DNA of 63,893 nt, the filler included, from Mitosporidium daphniae (lineage: Eukaryota), in NCBI RefSeq assembly GCF_000760515.2. It is 5 parts of 5 records of this genome, joined end to end, with 100 filler letters (N's around TTAATTAATTAA, not from the genome) between each part and the next. Parts side by side here need not be neighbours in the genome. Positions count along the whole stretch, not along the records: positions 52,582 to 63,893 come from NW_013546692.1; 4 more parts are not named here. One strand, written 5' to 3'. Numbering within the stretch: the stretch's first letter is position 1; every line of letters begins with the position of its first letter. A program made the position numbers and the translations under genes. A model generated the notes under the pieces. It was not told where the DNA came from. It made no database searches and saw only the letters and a list, made by a program, of their open reading frames with translations. Shown in pieces: positions 60,364 through 63,893 of this stretch.

Positions 60364-61362
60364 TCATTCCCTTTTCAAGCTAGCAGGAGCTGCGGGCGCA
60401 GCCCCACTCGTAGGCAGCCCAATGTACACTTTAAAGGTGTCATAAATAAACCATTGCAACGCGGTAAGCGTTCCAACCATAACAATTCTTGGTCCCAGTC
60501 CACGCCAAACTCCACGGAAGCCGAGGTCCTGAAGAACCTTTGCAGCTCCACCAGAGTTCGATTGGTTGAGCTTAGAGACAACGGTATCAGCGGGATGCGA
60601 AACGACGGCACAAAATATTCCGGCCCAATATCCGGCCGCAAAAGTAGCACCAAGCTGTTGTAGCTTGTTGTATTCATGCTTTGGCTTGGCAGAGAGAACG
60701 TATCGATAAATCGCCTCCACCGTTGTCTCGAAACATGCAAACTTCATCATCGTATAGGGCACTTGCCGCATCCAAAGTGGCGCAAGCCCTTTGTAAAGGC
60801 TGGAAATACCCTCGCTTGCTAGGAGCTTCGCTCCAGCAGAACGTACACCGGATGCATATGGTGTGGCGCTTGTTTGCATACGGACCTTTATTGCCTCCCA
60901 TGGGCACAGAGCAACGTCGGCAATGACTTCAGCTGATGCAGATGCCGCCAAGTAGAGACCGGTTCTGTATTTAAATGCGACATCTTCGCCGACGGCATCG
61001 GTGAATTCTTTCTTAAAAAACTCGTAAAATCCAAATTTGCAGGCCCCTTGGAAGGAATAGCCAATTGCAGTAGGACCCCAGCCCTCAAAAAGGGCAGGAA
61101 AGCCTCTGGAGCGGTAAATTTGCGTCCATCCATCAAGAACGGAGGAGTATATCTTGGGATTGACCTATTGTAAACAGAAGAAAACGGCTACTTGTCTGCG
61201 ACATTTGACTAAATCAAGAGGTGTCACAAGTAGATGCGTCAGCCCACAACTAAGCATGCCACCGATGGCGCAACTGGCATAAAACTGTGGCGTGTATAGC
61301 TCGATTTTTTTGGTTTTGCTACAAGGCGATGACGAAGCCATTGATAACTTTTCTGCAGCCAT
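60364..61362 (-). CDS. PIC2: Mitochondrial phosphate carrier (SLC25A3 family), 1 intron
   Basis: [62 protein letters not shown]. Confidence 0.93.
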
Positions 61363-61432
61363 TGCAAAATGATGTATGTGCAAGTGCTCGAGTTAAAATC
61401 AAAATGTAAAATTTACGAACAAAATCGATACA

Positions 61433-62601
61433 ATGGAGGGGAATTGCGATGTCCACAGCGCCTTAGAAGACCCCGATGCTACGCGCAGACTAAGTAGCGA
61501 CGAAGAAGATGGGGATATTCAATCTCAATATGCTCGCCTCTTAACTGCCTCTACAGATGCACTTACGTATGATCCAGATCAATCATTCGAACAAAGAGCA
61601 AATATTCGAGCCACATACTCCCTTTTGCTTAAAACAATTAAAGACGAAAAAAGAAGGATTGCATCTCAGCCTGTTGGTTCTAGTCATTCAGTGTCCCTTT
61701 CTGAGGACACCAGTATGTCCAGTAGTTCAGATTGTGCTGAAGAAGGGAATGTTCCCAACTCTTTGCGGGGGCTAATTGAAAAGGCCAACCAGGTGCTCTC
61801 CTCTTCAATTAGAAACATCCATGATGCTACTTTTGACTCTCACCTTTTAAAGCTTTCTGCAGAGGCTGGTCTGGCCTCGCTGGAAAAATTGGAAGTCTGT
61901 TCCAACGACAATAAGTCGCCATTAAGCATTGGTCTATTGATTGAGCACTTGGATTCTCTTATTACATCTACAGATTCGTTGTCTTTATTTGGCCTAAAGT
62001 GCCAAATTGCATCCAAGTCTGCACCATTTATTGATTTTGCCAACGGACCCATTACGGTTCCCGCATCAACACCCCTACCTTCTTCGAGAAGAACAAGAAC
62101 AGCACAAAAACCTTTATCGTCGCTCACACAGCCAGATACCTTGGTATTGCGCATGTGCGGTATAATTTTTAGGACGATCCCATCAAAGCCCGAAGAGAAT
62201 TGAATGCAGAGCAAGATGCCTCTGCGGCTCGAATACAGGAAATTTATTCCTGGATGGCCGCTAATCAGTCCACCCAGGTCCTGTTTTGGCGGCTTATAAT
62301 CCATCCAAAATCCTTCAGCAGGTCGGTTGAAAATCTATTCCACGTCTCCTTTCTTGTCAAAGAGGGAAAGGTGCGGGTATTTGCGCAAGAAAACCAGCTT
62401 TTTATAGGTGACTTTTCTTACTTTCATCCAATAGAACTGTATGATTTCACCAGCCAAAATGAACCTCATTCTTCCGAATCACAAGCGCACCAACAGTACT
62501 GCTTTTCCATCACCATGGATTCTTGGAGGGTAATGGCGACTCTTAATATTTAGAAGTTCTGCTCAGAAATGAAAATCGACTCCCCTTTAATTCCGGACTA
62601 A
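61433..62601 (+). CDS. NSE4: Smc5/6 kleisin subunit Nse4, spliced
   Basis: DATFDSHLL, FWRLIIHPKSFSRSVENLFHVSFLVKEGKV, FSITMDSWR. Confidence 0.88.
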
Positions 62602-63893
62602 TTAAGTTAATTTATTTGAGGCGCACGCCTTCTTTTTTCGCTCGGCCAGGATTTTGATCCAGTTGGATTTGGAAAGAATAAACTCGTCAAGCATGCAGCT
62701 TTTAATTACATATTGGCCCTTTGATCGAGGCTTTCGCAGTTCTTTGATGTAATCAGACAAATATTGAGCCAAAATAAGCTTCTGATCCAGTGGAACCGAA
62801 AGGAAGATTGCTTCGACAACCCTAGATCCAAATGTGTTTTCTGCCCATTTGGCCATCGAACATTGCTCTGTTTCTGCCAGAGAGGCTGCAAACAATTTTT
62901 TAAATAGGCGTTCGCTTTTTTTCTTGCCAATGACTGGCGACGAAAAGACTGTCTCCAGCACTCTGGACCCACTGGCATCCATTCCCAATCTAAATAGAAT
63001 GCTTATCGGAATTTCGATAAACTGATCAAGTAAAATTTGTGAATCCGTGGTAGGGTGTGAAGAAAACAAATGGATCAGAATAGCACAGCCAATGGGATGG
63101 AATTCCTTGGCTTCAAAATGTCTAGATGGCCCCCTTCTGGTGGTGGGCACATTTGATGACAAAAGCGCCAAGGCACAATTATCTGCACCATCGGGATTCA
63201 ATCGGAAGGAATTTTTTATCGAATTTACGAGAAATGGATGTGTTAAGGATGTTGGAATGAGCTCGGATTTAACGATTTTGTAAAGAAGCCCGATTCTTCT
63301 AGGCTCCAGTCCCTTTTGCAACAGCTGCGAGGAAATGGCATTAAAAAGATCCAAGGAAAGCGATTTGGATGTACAATGTGTGAAAAAAGCTTGAAGTACA
63401 TAATTGGCCGTATCATTTTTCAAAAGAAACCCAACATTTGGGACCATAAAAAGACTTAAAAGCGGCCGTAGCATCGATTTTTTTGAGGCGTAAATGAATG
63501 TCTCCATGACTCGCGAAGAGATCCTATCAGAGGAAAATAGTTTGAAATTTTCCCAGCTTGATTTGCCATCATCAAGTAGGTCTGCCATTTTCCTTAAAAT
63601 GGACAGCTTTTTTGGCACTAGTTTGTACAGAAATGCCTTCTCCATGATCAGAAACATCTAATGGGCAATAAACAATGGAAAAGCTTACTTGCACAATCGG
63701 GGAAGAATATTGATTCTGGGAAAGTCTAAAAAGAGCCTCAAAGTTTTCGATCGACAGGGAACAAAGAAATGCAACGACAAACTTTTCAAAAATGACGAAC
63801 ACGGAAGGGTCATTGTCTCCGGATGAATCTTCCAGTCGCTCTTTATCGATCGCCTCGGAAGATACGCAATAGATATGTTCATAGTATATCGGC
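62602..63893 (-). CDS. NOP9: Nucleolar Puf-repeat protein Nop9, 3' part
   Basis: Puf-like repeats YSSPIVQ, ANYVLQ, SGSRVLE, FGSRVVE, GQYV...W near the C-terminus. Confidence 0.82.

Overview
Gene-dense, highly compacted eukaryotic (fungal-affinity) genomic DNA with about 45 protein-coding genes, one tRNA-Ser(CGA) and four artificial 100-bp scaffold gaps. Most spliceosomal introns I could reconstruct are only about 23-37 nt, and intergenic spacers are often 0-90 bp. Microsporidia-like compaction and a GH19 chitinase co-occur with mitochondrial EF-G, aconitase, SDHAF4, a phosphate carrier, Arp2/3 and verprolin. This suggests an early-diverging microsporidian relative or rozellid (Mitosporidium-like; inference, not verified). 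Best leads: (1) an unannotated ~285-nt intergenic element (12912-13194) of nested helices whose non-Watson-Crick pairs are G-U on the + strand, probably an unidentified ncRNA; (2) a 1.5-kb ORF-free AT-rich island containing a second multibranch structure and a 20-bp hairpin; (3) two paralogous secreted repeat-peptide precursors sharing a 44/45-nt identical promoter; (4) two transposase-derived DNA-binding genes; (5) a degenerate DH-only RhoGEF that may be secreted. All family calls come from motif recognition by eye and exon boundaries are manual.
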